A program made the translations under genes and the position numbers. A stretch of 64,000 nt of DNA from Nitrospinaceae bacterium (GTDB lineage: Bacteria > Nitrospinota > Nitrospinia > Nitrospinales > Nitrospinaceae): contig OZ250172.1 in NCBI GenBank assembly GCA_965237905.1, positions 2,528,001-2,592,000 on the forward strand, written 5' to 3'. Below are positions 10,129 through 20,515 of this stretch, in pieces. The notes beneath the pieces were generated by a model. The model saw only the letters and a program-made list of their open reading frames with translations. It was not told the origin of the DNA and searched no databases. Position 1 is the stretch's first letter. Every line of letters starts with the position of its first letter.

Positions 10129-10494
10129 ATGGAAAACGAACCGTCCAATCCCGAGCGCAAAACCCTGAAGACCGTTATATTGAGGCGAGGGGAACAAGTG
10201 CTGCTTTCCGTTTCTACCCGTAAACTGGTCCCGGGCATCGAGCAGGCTAAACTGTTTCCCACCGATGAAATTTCAAGCGACGGCCTTGATTGGGTGGAAC
10301 TCGGCGAGCACAAGCAGTTGCATGCCTGGTTTCAGAAAGCCGCACTGGAGCCGACCACCGATGAGGGTTCTGTTGATGATGAACTGGACAAGGAATTTTT
10401 CAGCGACGGTTCCGGCGAAGAACATCTCCCGCCTCCCCTGATTCAGAGAACTCTGGATGAAATGTCCAAACTGATCGACGAAATCAACGAGTGA
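10129..10494 (+). CDS. Hypothetical protein
   Basis: 121-aa ORF with RBS GGAG, co-oriented with neighbours. Confidence 0.6.
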   Translation: MENEPSNPERKTLKTVILRRGEQVLLSVSTRKLVPGIEQAKLFPTDEISSDGLDWVELGEHKQLHAWFQKAALEPTTDEGSVDDELDKEFFSDGSGEEHLPPPLIQRTLDEMSKLIDEINE

Positions 10495-10500
10495 TTCCCT

Positions 10501-11025
10501 ATGGATCCGTGGATGATTGCCGGAGGCGTGGTTGCGGTTTTGGCCGTGGGATTTTTTATCTCACGGAACCGGCCGCTCCGTCCGGAAGTTTCGGTCGGGT
10601 CTCTCCTGAAGCAACTGGATGATACTTATACGCTTCTAACCGGTTCCATCGTGCAGGGTGAGCACGGGATGATCCGCCTCGACTATACGGTGGTGTCGCC
10701 TTATGGCGTGTTCATCATCAAGGAATGCCGGGAGCCGGGCCGGGTGGAGGTGCGGCTCAACCGGGAGGAGTGGCGGGTGTCGGGCGGTGGACCGAAGAAG
10801 ATGTACAATCCCGTGTGGGATATCCGCAAAGTGGTTGGGAAACTGGAACGGCGGGTTGGGGAGTATCCTTATATTCCGCTGGTGGTCTTTACGCGCGCAC
10901 GGCTGACGGGCGACAGCGATTTCAATATTATGGAGGCTGGAAAATTGGTCGGCCACATCCAAAGTTTCCGGGACCTTCGTCTGTCCGACGACCGGCAGGA
11001 GAAAATCGTGGGAATATTAAGCTGA
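10501..11025 (+). CDS. Membrane-anchored NERD (nuclease-related domain) protein
   Basis: N-terminal TM; LDYTVVSPYGVFIIKE and YNPV resemble NERD ID.....GIFVIE.K / NP..Q (degenerate). Confidence 0.7.
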   Translation: MDPWMIAGGVVAVLAVGFFISRNRPLRPEVSVGSLLKQLDDTYTLLTGSIVQGEHGMIRLDYTVVSPYGVFIIKECREPGRVEVRLNREEWRVSGGGPKKMYNPVWDIRKVVGKLERRVGEYPYIPLVVFTRARLTGDSDFNIMEAGKLVGHIQSFRDLRLSDDRQEKIVGILS

Positions 11026-11102
11026 GTGGTAGGTCTTATTAAGTTACAATGACGCATTCGGATACGATTCAGCTATCAAGATTGGAAAGGAAGGACGTTG
11101 CA

Positions 11103-11651
11103 ATGAAATCAGTATTACGGATTGGAATACTCGGGGCCGTTCTGGCCGTGTGGTTCGCGGGGACGGCTCTGGCAGGGGACGCCGCGAAAAAGAGTTATGT
11201 GCCCTCGGGTTGCGATATTGAAAAAATTACCATTTGTACCGTGGAAATCTGGCTGGCCCACCCGCACAAGAAAAGCAACCGGAGTATCCGCAAGGAACTG
11301 AAGGGAAAGTCCATCAAGGTGTTGAGGCACACCATTCAATACTGGAAGCCCCGGGGCGGACACCCACCGACCAATATTGCCCTGGGATGGGGATTGAGCG
11401 CCGAGGACGCGCGGTGGGCTATCGACTTCGCCCTCAAGTACAACGACAACATCAACGGTCTCATTTTCCAGCGGCTGAATCCGCCGCATTACGTCGCCAT
11501 CGCCACCTCCGCCTGGGATGATAAATCGGAGACCCCAATCACGCCGGAACAACTCGAGCAATTGCGCGATCCCAAACTGACCACTGACAAATTTCACGCC
11601 CTGTACGTCAAACTCACCGGAGAGGCAGGCGTCGCCGAAACGTTTTACTGA
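11103..11651 (+). CDS. Hypothetical periplasmic protein
   Basis: Signal peptide ending ALA-G; RBS AGGA before ATG 11103. Confidence 0.7.
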   Translation: MKSVLRIGILGAVLAVWFAGTALAGDAAKKSYVPSGCDIEKITICTVEIWLAHPHKKSNRSIRKELKGKSIKVLRHTIQYWKPRGGHPPTNIALGWGLSAEDARWAIDFALKYNDNINGLIFQRLNPPHYVAIATSAWDDKSETPITPEQLEQLRDPKLTTDKFHALYVKLTGEAGVAETFY

Positions 11652-11671
11652 TCGCTCTTGCACCTGAAAAA

Positions 11672-12394
11672 TCAATTCATGTTTTCTTCGTAGACCAAAA
11701 CTTGCGGGAAGAGGATTTCGTTTTCTTTCTGGATGTGCAGGCGGGTATCCATTTCCAGTTCATCCAAACCGGTCAACAGGAGGCGGTAACTTTCGCACCC
11801 GTCTTCCGGCATCTTGAAGTTCCGGGCCGTCACGCGGATTTTTTCAAACAGGGTTAACACCTGTTCGTGTTCCGCCTGCATAACGCGGATCGGACTTTGC
11901 AAAGTTCCGCAATGAAGCTCAGCCGTTCCACCGGACGATTCGATCTGCTTGATCATGGGAAACAGGACTTGTTCCTCTTTCATGAGATGAGGTTCCAGGT
12001 CGGCCCGCAATTCTCCGAACAGTTCCTGGACGGTTGTCAGTTCGGGATGACGTGCCACGTGGGCATTCACCACTTTATCCAGTAATGCCGCCAGTCGGGG
12101 CAGGGCTTCTTTTAAGAACGTGTGATGGGTTTGTAAAAGATGGTCCACCGCTTCCGACAGCGAACCATCCATGCCCTCCACCACCGCGGCGACGGGATCG
12201 CTTTCCGGTGAGGCGGTCATCAACCGATTCAGGACGACTTCCGGATCGATCCCTTTTTCCGCGCAGGCTTCGGCAAGTGTCCGGTGGCCACCGCAACAGG
12301 AATCGATGCTCAACTCCTCAAACACTCCGGTGCGCCGAACGTCCTCGGCGATAAAATCGTTGATGGGTGTATGGATGGTGAATGGGGTACTCAA
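11672..12394 (-). CDS. ric: Iron-sulfur cluster repair di-iron protein (Ric/YtfE/ScdA)
   Basis: DSCCGG, THH.FL, HLMKEE.VLFP, PIRVM..EH, HIQKENEILFP; TTG start with AGGAG RBS. Confidence 0.92.
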   Translation of the reverse strand: MSTPFTIHTPINDFIAEDVRRTGVFEELSIDSCCGGHRTLAEACAEKGIDPEVVLNRLMTASPESDPVAAVVEGMDGSLSEAVDHLLQTHHTFLKEALPRLAALLDKVVNAHVARHPELTTVQELFGELRADLEPHLMKEEQVLFPMIKQIESSGGTAELHCGTLQSPIRVMQAEHEQVLTLFEKIRVTARNFKMPEDGCESYRLLLTGLDELEMDTRLHIQKENEILFPQVLVYEENMN

Positions 12395-12732
12395 TGTGGG
12401 TTCTCCTGATCATACTAAAGGTTTAAAAAATGATATGATAGCCCCGGTTTTGAGAGGATAGCAGGAAATCCCTCTACTGAATCTAAAATACAGCCTGGAG
12501 TCGGCCCCCGCAAGCTCAACCCCAAACTTTATAAAAGTTTGACAAAATTCGGGGGATTTGATAGAAGCATCACTCTTGATTCAAACTTTTAAAGGCATCG
12601 GATGCTTTTCAAGTATTTGTTTTTATGTTCTATAATACGATCCCGTCAGAACAGTTTTAAGTCCGGACGGATCAAAAAGGTGTAAACTCTTCAGGCTGGA
12701 TTCCCCAGAACGGAAAATCACAGGAAACGGAT

Positions 12733-13071
12733 ATGATGCATGAATTGATAATCGATTGGGTGATTACCATGTCTCCGCCGCCTTCCCAAGGCGGAGGACA
12801 GCCGCAAGGGCCCGGCATGATGCTCAGTTTTGTGGTGCCCATGGTTTTTGTGGGTCTCATTTTTTATTTCGTCCTCATCAAGCCGCAGAAAAAACAGCAT
12901 CAGGAAACCCAGAAAATGCGGGATAGCCTGCAGGAAGGCGCGAACGTGATCACTACCGGTGGCATCCACGGCACCGTCAAAAAAGTGAAGGACGATATCG
13001 TCACACTCCAAATTGCGGACAACGTGCGCATCAAGATCAACCGCGCGTCCATCGGCACCATAAAAGAATAA
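12733..13071 (+). CDS. yajC: Preprotein translocase subunit YajC
   Basis: FYFVLIKPQKK, VITTGGIHG; upstream of secD. Confidence 0.93.
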   Translation: MMHELIIDWVITMSPPPSQGGGQPQGPGMMLSFVVPMVFVGLIFYFVLIKPQKKQHQETQKMRDSLQEGANVITTGGIHGTVKKVKDDIVTLQIADNVRIKINRASIGTIKE

Positions 13072-13104
13072 TAACAGTCGCAAGAGAGAACCGAGAGTCA
13101 TCGG

Positions 13105-14661
13105 ATGCATACAGAACTGCGTTGGAAAATTCCTTTAATCCTGTCTGTTATTGCCTTGTTCTCCTGGCTGGCCTGGCCGCTGGAGGAGAAGATCAGCCTG
13201 GGGCTGGATCTGCAGGGAGGCATGCACCTGGTCCTCGAAGTGGAGGCGGAAAAGGCTGTCGAGTTTTCCATGGAGCAGAGGACAGAGGATATCAAACACG
13301 CCCTGGGGAGTGAGGATATCGAAGTGGACCGGGTGATCTTGAACAAGGACACCAACGTGATCCGCGTCATCCTGGTCGATGCCATCGATACCAAAGGGGC
13401 TGAGAGTGTTCTTAAAAATTATACGGCCCTGGAAAAGAAGGATGTGTTGCGCGACGGACTGGAATTGGTCTATCAACTGCGGGACGATGAATACGAGTAT
13501 ATACAGGAAAACGCGATTCAGCAGGCTTTGGAAGTGATCCGTAACCGCATCAATGAGTTGGGCCTGTCCGAGCCGACCATTCAGGTGCAGGGCAACCGGC
13601 GCATCCTGGTACAGTTGCCGGGTGTCAAGGATCTCAAACGGGCGATGGACCTGATCGGCAAGACCGCGCGGCTGGAATTTAAATTGATCGATGAATCCAT
13701 GAGCCCGGAAGCGGCCTTGAAGCAGGGCATTCCTCCAGGAAGCGAAATCCTGATGGAACAGATCATCGACAAAACGACTAATGCAGTTACCAAAGAGATA
13801 CCTTATCTCGTTAAAAAACGGGTACTGCTGACAGGGGATATGCTCACTGCGGCTGAGGTCAGGTACGATCAGGAGTATAACGAGCCTTACGTCGCCCTCA
13901 ACTTCAACAGCCTGGGTGCGGCAACCTTTTTCGAGTTGACCAGCAAAAATGTGGGAAAACGGCTGGCCATTATTCTGGACGATCATGTGTACTCCGCGCC
14001 GGAAATTCGGGAGCCCATTGCCGGCGGCCGGGCGCAGGTCACCGGAAGCTTCACCGCGAGCGAAGCGAAGGATCTCGCGATTGCCCTGAGAGCCGGTGCG
14101 CTTCCCGCGCCCGTCACCATTCTGGAGAATCGCAGTGTGGGTCCGTCTCTCGGACGCGACTCGGTCGAGGCGGGAATCAATTCCATTATCATTGGTATGG
14201 TCGCGGTGGTGGTGTTTATCCTCATCTACTACCGGTTATCCGGAGTCGTTGCGGTCGGCGCTCTGGTGCTCAATCTGATCATACTGTTGGGGGCGCTGGC
14301 GTATTTCGGCGCGTCGTTAACCCTGCCTGGGATTGCCGGGATCATCTTGACGGTAGGAATGGCTATTGACGCCAACGTGTTGGTGTTCGAACGTATCCGG
14401 GAAGAAATCCGTGTGGGCAAAACCGTACGGGCCGCGATTGATGCAGGGTTCGCCAAAGCATTCCGCACCATTGTCGACGCCAACGTCACCACTTTTATCG
14501 CCGCCATCGTTTTGTTTCAGTTCGGCACCGGGCCGATCAAGGGATTCGCCATCACATTATGTATCGGTATCGCCGCCAGCATGTTTACGGCAGTGTTTGT
14601 CAGCCGCACCACGTTTGATACCGTTATGAGCTGGAAAAAAATTGAACGCCTGAGTATTTAA
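13105..14661 (+). CDS. secD: Protein translocase subunit SecD
   Basis: LGLDLQGG, IRNRINELG.SEP, LRAGALPAP, VGPSLG, GMAIDANVLVFERIREE, DANVTT. Confidence 0.98.
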   Translation: MHTELRWKIPLILSVIALFSWLAWPLEEKISLGLDLQGGMHLVLEVEAEKAVEFSMEQRTEDIKHALGSEDIEVDRVILNKDTNVIRVILVDAIDTKGAESVLKNYTALEKKDVLRDGLELVYQLRDDEYEYIQENAIQQALEVIRNRINELGLSEPTIQVQGNRRILVQLPGVKDLKRAMDLIGKTARLEFKLIDESMSPEAALKQGIPPGSEILMEQIIDKTTNAVTKEIPYLVKKRVLLTGDMLTAAEVRYDQEYNEPYVALNFNSLGAATFFELTSKNVGKRLAIILDDHVYSAPEIREPIAGGRAQVTGSFTASEAKDLAIALRAGALPAPVTILENRSVGPSLGRDSVEAGINSIIIGMVAVVVFILIYYRLSGVVAVGALVLNLIILLGALAYFGASLTLPGIAGIILTVGMAIDANVLVFERIREEIRVGKTVRAAIDAGFAKAFRTIVDANVTTFIAAIVLFQFGTGPIKGFAITLCIGIAASMFTAVFVSRTTFDTVMSWKKIERLSI

Positions 14662-14673
14662 AACGGAACAAGA

Positions 14674-15918
14674 ATGGAGCTGATTAAAAAGCAGACCCAC
14701 ATCGATTTCATGGGCAAGTTCAAGGCCGCCATGCTGTTCTCCGGCTCGTTGATCTTGGCCGGGATCGCGTCCATTGCCATACAGGGAGGACTCAAGTACG
14801 GCATCGACTTTGAGGGTGGCACCCTGGTGCAATTTAAGTTTGGCGTTATTATGGTGCCCTTGAAGGTAGACAAACCATCATCCATTGAATCCATCCATTC
14901 TGAATTGAATGACCTAAAAAAATTGAATGGCTTGGGTTTGGTGGACAGCTATATTCAAGATGACCAGTCAAGAATCAACCTTCTCTTTCCTCTTGTGAGA
15001 AACTCAAATACGAAAATAGAAACGCAGGTCAAGGATGCACTGGAAAGTCTTAAAGATTCAGCAAGCATTTCTGTCGAGCCTGCTGTGACTATTCTCCCCG
15101 ATCCTCCTTCAATCGATTCTATTCGTTCCGCACTCAAGAAAATCGGTTTTGCCGATAGCACCATTCAGGAGTTTGGTTCTCCCAATGATATTTTGATCCG
15201 TGTCGAACGCCCCGAAAGCAAGCCGGAGGAAACGGGACCTTGTATCAAGGAAGAACCGAACAAAACCAATGATATTCTGATCCGTGTCGAACGCTCCGAA
15301 AGCAAGCTGGAGGAAACGGGGTCTTGTATCAAGGAAGAACTGAGCAAAACCATGGATGGCCGGGGCATCATCATCGAGCGGGTCGAGATGGTGGGACCCA
15401 AGGTGGGTAAAGATCTCCGCATGAAGGCCCTGCTTTCGATTCTGTATGCCATCATTGGAATCGTGATTTACATTTCGTGGCGGTTCGAGCTCCAGTACGC
15501 CATCGCCGCCATCATCGCGCTGATTCATGACGTCCTGATTACCATGGGGGCGTTCTCGGTGCTGGACAAGGAGTTTACCCTGGTCATAGTGGCGGCATTT
15601 TTGACTATTATCGGTTATTCGTTGAACGACACCATTGTTGTGTTCGACCGCATCCGCGAAAACACCCGCCGCAAAAGTAAGGAATCGTTGAGCGACACCA
15701 TCAACACCAGTATCAACCAGACCCTCAGCCGGACCCTTCTGACCTCCGGTACGACGTTGATGGTGGTTGTGGCCCTGTTTTTTCTGGGCGGGGAAATCAT
15801 CCACGACTTCTCGTTCGCCCTGCTGGTCGGGGTGGTCATCGGAACCTATTCATCGATTTTCATCGCCAGCGTGTTTCTCGTTTACTGGGAATCCCGCGCC
15901 CATCCCAAAAGAGCTTAA
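14674..15918 (+). CDS. secF: Protein translocase subunit SecF with enlarged periplasmic domain
   Basis: GIDFEGG, VGPKVG, HDV, GYSLNDTIVVFDRIRE, GTYSSIFIA. Confidence 0.96.
   Translation: MELIKKQTHIDFMGKFKAAMLFSGSLILAGIASIAIQGGLKYGIDFEGGTLVQFKFGVIMVPLKVDKPSSIESIHSELNDLKKLNGLGLVDSYIQDDQSRINLLFPLVRNSNTKIETQVKDALESLKDSASISVEPAVTILPDPPSIDSIRSALKKIGFADSTIQEFGSPNDILIRVERPESKPEETGPCIKEEPNKTNDILIRVERSESKLEETGSCIKEELSKTMDGRGIIIERVEMVGPKVGKDLRMKALLSILYAIIGIVIYISWRFELQYAIAAIIALIHDVLITMGAFSVLDKEFTLVIVAAFLTIIGYSLNDTIVVFDRIRENTRRKSKESLSDTINTSINQTLSRTLLTSGTTLMVVVALFFLGGEIIHDFSFALLVGVVIGTYSSIFIASVFLVYWESRAHPKRA
15184..15351 (+). repeat. In-frame 84-bp tandem duplication inside secF
   Basis: 15184-15267 vs 15268-15351: NDILIRVERPESKPEETGPCIKEEPNKT / NDILIRVERSESKLEETGSCIKEELSKT. 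Confidence 0.95.
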
Positions 15919-15920
15919 AC

Positions 15921-16121
15921 CTAATTAACCACAGATGAACACGGATAAAACAAAGATCCTTCGCTTTCGCTCAGGATGACAAGTCCATGATTTAAGTTGT
16001 CATTTTTGTATGATCCTCAAGGGCCGAAGAATCCGGGTTTGGCCCTTTTACTTTCTTCTCTTGTTCTTTTTTCCTTGTTCTGGTCTCTATCGGTGTTTAT
16101 CTGTGTTCATCTGTGGTTAAT
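15921..16121. repeat. Inverted pair of TGTTCATCTGTGGTTAA repeats enclosing a CTTCG..CTCAGGATGACA repeat
   Basis: Same motif also near 1039-1069, 4058-4078, 5526-5558, 6101-6135 and 20303-20455. Confidence 0.8.
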
Positions 16122-16236
16122 CCGATTTTATCCTGTTATCCCGTCAAATGGTTTTGCTTATATAAACTTGCCAAAATCCCGTTTAGCGTGATACATTCGG
16201 ACTCATAAATCATTAAAAACATGAATTTGGCGGGAT

Positions 16237-17007
16237 ATGAACGAAGCAGACGAGAAACGGGAAAAAGAGCAAGTCCAGCTCAAATGCCTGGTTGGACTCC
16301 AAGAAAAGGACAATGAAATCAATGATCTCAGGGAATCCCTGGAGATCATCCCCGGCCAGATCGCCTCGGGCCAAAAAGAGTTGGAAGGCAAAAGGGGCAA
16401 GATGAACGCCCTGCAGGCGGAAATCGAATCTTTGAAAAAACAGCGGAATCAGTTGGAGCAGGACGCCAAGACCGAGGCCGACCGCATGGCCAAGACCAAA
16501 ACTAAACTCCCCACCGTAAAGACCAACAAGGAATACACCGCCATTCTTCACGAGACCGACGCCATCAAAGCCAAGATTACGGAAATTGAGGATAAGGAAC
16601 TGGAGGTCATGGAGCTTCTGGATGCGAAGGAGCAGGAAATTCCCGGCCTCGAAGCCGAGTTCAAGGTCGAGGAAGACCAGTTCCATCAGTACAAACAGAA
16701 GAAAGAAGCGGAGCAGGCGCGGTCACAGAAGGAGTTGGAAGAGGCCGAGGCTCAACGCGCCGCGCTGGCGAAGGAGATTGATCCGAAATTTGTAGCGCAT
16801 TATGACAAGATAAGACATGCGCGCGACAATCTGGCAGTGGTTTCGGTCAAGGGTGAAACCTGCCAGGGATGTCACCAGAATCTGCAACCGCAGGTGGCTT
16901 TGGAGGTGCGGACTGGGATGAGGGTCCATCAGTGCCAGTCCTGCGACCGGTTCCTGTGCTTTATACCCGAACCGGAACCCCAAACCGAAACGGCAGTGCC
17001 GAAGTAG
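16237..17007 (+). CDS. Coiled-coil C4-type zinc ribbon protein (DUF164 family)
   Basis: Long coiled coil, KTNKEY, CQGCH...CQSCDR; usual neighbour of rnpB. Confidence 0.9.
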   Translation: MNEADEKREKEQVQLKCLVGLQEKDNEINDLRESLEIIPGQIASGQKELEGKRGKMNALQAEIESLKKQRNQLEQDAKTEADRMAKTKTKLPTVKTNKEYTAILHETDAIKAKITEIEDKELEVMELLDAKEQEIPGLEAEFKVEEDQFHQYKQKKEAEQARSQKELEEAEAQRAALAKEIDPKFVAHYDKIRHARDNLAVVSVKGETCQGCHQNLQPQVALEVRTGMRVHQCQSCDRFLCFIPEPEPQTETAVPK

Positions 17008-17378
17008 ACCAGGCAGTCGCTGTTCCGGCCTTCGGGTCGGAAGAGAGGAAAGTCCGGGCTCCACAGGGCAGGATACTCCGTAACGCGGAGTGGGGGCGAC
17101 CCTAAGGAAAGTGCCACAGAAAAGACACAGCCTACCCGGAGAAGTCCGCTTCTCCGGCGGCAATGGTGAAAAGGTGGGGTAAGAGCCCACCAGTACTCCC
17201 GGCGACGGGGGTAGCTTGGTAAACCCTATCCGGAGCAAGATCAAATAGGAAAGTGCTTGAGGGCGGCCCGCCCGATGCTTTCGGGTTGATTGCTTGAGCC
17301 TGTCGGCAACGGCAGGCCTAGATTGATGACTGCCACCTTTCACGAGGAACAGAACCCGGCTTACCGGTCTACTTCGGC
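16998..17378 (+). ncRNA. rnpB: RNase P RNA (bacterial type A)
   Basis: GAGGAAAGTCCGGGCTC, AGTGCCACAGAAA, GGTAAAC, GGAGCAAG, ACAGAACCCGGCTTA; P1 = GCCGAAGTAGACC / GGTCTACTTCGGC. Confidence 0.97.
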
Positions 17379-17532
17379 TGCTCGCCGCAGGGGCAAATTT
17401 TCAGCCTGAGGCGGGACGTAACTTTTCAATAGCGCCCAGTGACATTCTTTTGGGGGCAACGGTCAGCAAACTCCCCCTCCGGGCAGGAGCCGCCCAGCGT
17501 GCCGCTGGACGCAACTTTTAACACCTTCCTTT

Positions 17533-18264
17533 TTAATCGTAATAATTGTTTTCGCGATAATGTTCGTCTTCTTTCCGCTGTTGGCGTAGATTTTCTTCCC
17601 AACTGTTCCGGTTTTCATATTCTTCCTGCTTTTCTTCCCAATTCTTGCCCATTTTCTTCTGTTGTTTCCGTTTCATTTTTTCAATTTTTTCCCGGTGCCT
17701 CATTTCCTCTTGTTTCATTTTTTCCCGATGCTTCGATTCTTCCCGGGATAGTTTTTGTTCCTGCTTGAGTTGCTTGCGCTCCATCTTCTGATGACGCTTC
17801 AGGTCTTTCCGCTGCATTTTATGTGTTTGCTTGACGGATTCGTCGTAATCGTCATCGTCGTAATAACCATCGTCGTGATGCGCATCGTCTCTTTCTTCCC
17901 ACGGTTCGTGTCGCCTTTCTTCCCGGTCTTCCTGTCTCTTTTCCCGCTTCATTTTTTGCATTTTTTCCCGGTGCTTCATCTCCTCTTCTTGCATTTTCTC
18001 CTGATGTTTCCTCTCTTCGCGGGCTATTCTCTGTTCAAGTTTGAACTGTCGGCGTTGCATCTCCTGCTGATGTTTCAGTTCCTGCTGACGGCGATTATCG
18101 TAATAGCCGTCATTGTGATGCACATCCTTTTTGATATGAACCGGAGCGCTTTGCGGCGGCGGGCCGCCTGGTGGAGGGTAGCTCCTATGGGAACGGACGA
18201 CACAGCCGGAAGCCCACACTATGGCAAAGACGCAAACAAAAATTTGGGTGATGAGTCGAGGCAT
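17533..18264 (-). CDS. Charged low-complexity lipoprotein with internal duplication
   Basis: Lipobox ASGC, Pro-rich linker, two E/K/R/Q/H-rich blocks each preceded by HH.DGYYD. Confidence 0.7.
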   Translation of the reverse strand: MPRLITQIFVCVFAIVWASGCVVRSHRSYPPPGGPPPQSAPVHIKKDVHHNDGYYDNRRQQELKHQQEMQRRQFKLEQRIAREERKHQEKMQEEEMKHREKMQKMKREKRQEDREERRHEPWEERDDAHHDDGYYDDDDYDESVKQTHKMQRKDLKRHQKMERKQLKQEQKLSREESKHREKMKQEEMRHREKIEKMKRKQQKKMGKNWEEKQEEYENRNSWEENLRQQRKEDEHYRENNYYD

Positions 18265-18405
18265 AATTTCGATCCTTATAAGTATGAGAAAGGTGGTTGG
18301 AGTTTCGATACCTGTTCTTCAAAGTTTAATGGAAGGACGGAAAAATGAAAAGGGGATTTTTGATTGGCTGTGAGCCCTCAGCAAGTCACCAGCGGAGGTA
18401 CTCCG

Positions 18406-20181
18406 CTAACTCAAATCAAACTTCAGTTTCAGTTCCTTGAGTTGTTTTTTATCGACTTCGGAGGGGGCCTCGGTCATGAGGCACGTCGCCTTCTGGGTTT
18501 TGGGGAAAGCGATCACTTCTCGGATGGACGCCGAACCGGTGAGAATCATGGCGATGCGGTCGAGTCCGAAGGCAATCCCGCCATGCGGTGGTGCGCCGTA
18601 CTGCAACGCTTCCAATAGGAACCCGAACTTGGCCTCCGCTTCTTCTTTGTCGATGCCTAACAGCTTGAACATTTTCTGCTGGATGTCGCTCTGATGGATA
18701 CGGATACTACCGCCGCCGATCTCGTTGCCGTTCAAAACCAGATCGTAGGCCCGTGCGTGCAGGGAGCCCGGATCGCTGTCCAGTTTGTCGAGGTCTTCCG
18801 CCATCGGCGCGGTGAAGGGATGGTGCATGGCGACGTAACGTTTCTCTTCCTCGACGTATTCCAGCAACGGGAATTCGGTCACCCACGCCAGGCTGATTTT
18901 GGATTCGTCGATCAGGTTCAGACGTTTGCCAATGTCGAGCCGCAGATGCGCCAGCGCGTCGGCCACCACTTTCGGCGTGTCGGCGATGAAGACGACGGTG
19001 TCACCGACTTCCGCGCCCAGCTTTGAGATCATCGCGTCCAACATTTCCTGCTTGAAGAATTTGGTGATGGGCGACTGCAGGCCGTCGGCGTTGACCTTGA
19101 TCCAGGCCATGCCTTTTGCGCCATAAGTCTTGGCGACTTCGGTCAGGTCGTCCAGTGCTTTACGTGACAACACCTCGCTGCTCTGTTTGGCGTTGAGCGC
19201 GCGAATTTGCCCGCCTTTTTTAAGCACGTCCGCGAAGACTTTGAACTCCGTGCCTGCCACCGTATCTGCCAGGTCGACGATTTCCATGCCAAAACGCAGG
19301 TCGGGTTTGTCGCTTCCGAACCGGTCGATGGCATCCTGATACTTGAGAATGGGAAACGGCGTTTCGATTTTTATCCCCAACGTTTCTTTGTAGATGGCGG
19401 CCATCATGTTTTCGACCAGTTGGAAAAGTTCTTCTTCGTCGATGAACGACATCTCCATGTCGATCTGGCTGAACTCCGGTTGCCGGTCTTGCCGGAGATC
19501 CTCGTCGCGGAAACATTTGACGATTTGAAAATAGCGATCCATGCCTGCGACCATCAGAATTTGTTTGAACAATTGCGGTGACTGCGGCAGGGCATAAAAT
19601 TTTTCTGGGTTGAGGCGGCTGGGCACCAGGTAATCCCGTGCGCCTTCCGGCGTACTTTTGGTGAGGATCGGCGTCTCCACCTCAGTGAAATTTTGATCGT
19701 GCAGAATTTTTCTCACCACGCGGGTGATCTGGTCGCGTAATTTCAAATTGCGCAACAACGTGGCGTTGCGCAGATCGAGGTAGCGGTGCTTGAGGCGCAA
19801 TACTTCGGAAACCTCCTGATCGTCCCATCCCTGGAAAGGAGGCGTCAGTGATTTGTTGAGGATTTCCAATTCGTCCACATACACTTCGATTTTACCGGTG
19901 GCGAGTTTGGTGTTGATCATGTCATCCGGCCGGGCGCGCACCTTGCCCGTCACGGCAATCACGAAGTTGTTGCGCAGGTCCTGCGCTTCCTGATGTGCAA
20001 GTTGGTCGATTTGAGGGTTCAATACCACCTGGGTGAGGCCGTGTTTGTCCCACAGGTCGATGAAAATGAGGCCGCCGTGGTCGCGCCGGGTATGGACCCA
20101 GCCGCACAGAGTGACGGTATCACCCACCTGCCCGTCGCTCAATTCGCCGCAATGGTGCGTTCTTCGGAATTTCTGTGTCAT
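18406..20181 (-). CDS. aspS: Aspartate--tRNA ligase, probably non-discriminating
   Basis: RTHHCGEL, RRDHGG, STPEGARDYLVP, LPQSPQLFKQ, CFRDED, GAPPHGGIAFGLDR. Confidence 0.98.
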   Translation of the reverse strand: MTQKFRRTHHCGELSDGQVGDTVTLCGWVHTRRDHGGLIFIDLWDKHGLTQVVLNPQIDQLAHQEAQDLRNNFVIAVTGKVRARPDDMINTKLATGKIEVYVDELEILNKSLTPPFQGWDDQEVSEVLRLKHRYLDLRNATLLRNLKLRDQITRVVRKILHDQNFTEVETPILTKSTPEGARDYLVPSRLNPEKFYALPQSPQLFKQILMVAGMDRYFQIVKCFRDEDLRQDRQPEFSQIDMEMSFIDEEELFQLVENMMAAIYKETLGIKIETPFPILKYQDAIDRFGSDKPDLRFGMEIVDLADTVAGTEFKVFADVLKKGGQIRALNAKQSSEVLSRKALDDLTEVAKTYGAKGMAWIKVNADGLQSPITKFFKQEMLDAMISKLGAEVGDTVVFIADTPKVVADALAHLRLDIGKRLNLIDESKISLAWVTEFPLLEYVEEEKRYVAMHHPFTAPMAEDLDKLDSDPGSLHARAYDLVLNGNEIGGGSIRIHQSDIQQKMFKLLGIDKEEAEAKFGFLLEALQYGAPPHGGIAFGLDRIAMILTGSASIREVIAFPKTQKATCLMTEAPSEVDKKQLKELKLKFDLS

Positions 20182-20515
20182 ACGCTTCAAATTGCTGAAA
20201 ATGATGGGGAAAAAGGACCCATCAAATTACTGGAAACATGGCCTGTTTGCAAGGTCTTATTTAGTGGTAAACCATGGACAGGATAACAGGATTGAATCTG
20301 ATAATTAACCACAGAGGGCACGGAGGAAAACAGGAAAGACTCAATGCCCTCCCCTCAGGAGGAGAAGCCCCACAGAGTGACGGATTAAGAGGAGGGATGG
20401 TTTGCTCCCCTTTATAAAGGGGGCTGGAGGGATTCTTCGTTCATCTGTGGTTCATTGGTTTTCTCTGTGTGCTCTGTGACCTCTGTGGTGAAAATCTTAG
20501 CTTGGAATTGCCGGC

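Noticed and set aside
15997..16191. Small ORFs containing SVFICVHLW-like peptides (also 5282-5605, 61610-61807, 63748-63957)
   Set aside because: Translations of intergenic repeats
16723..17343. 206-aa minus-strand ORF
   Set aside because: Antisense to rnpB and the Zn-ribbon gene
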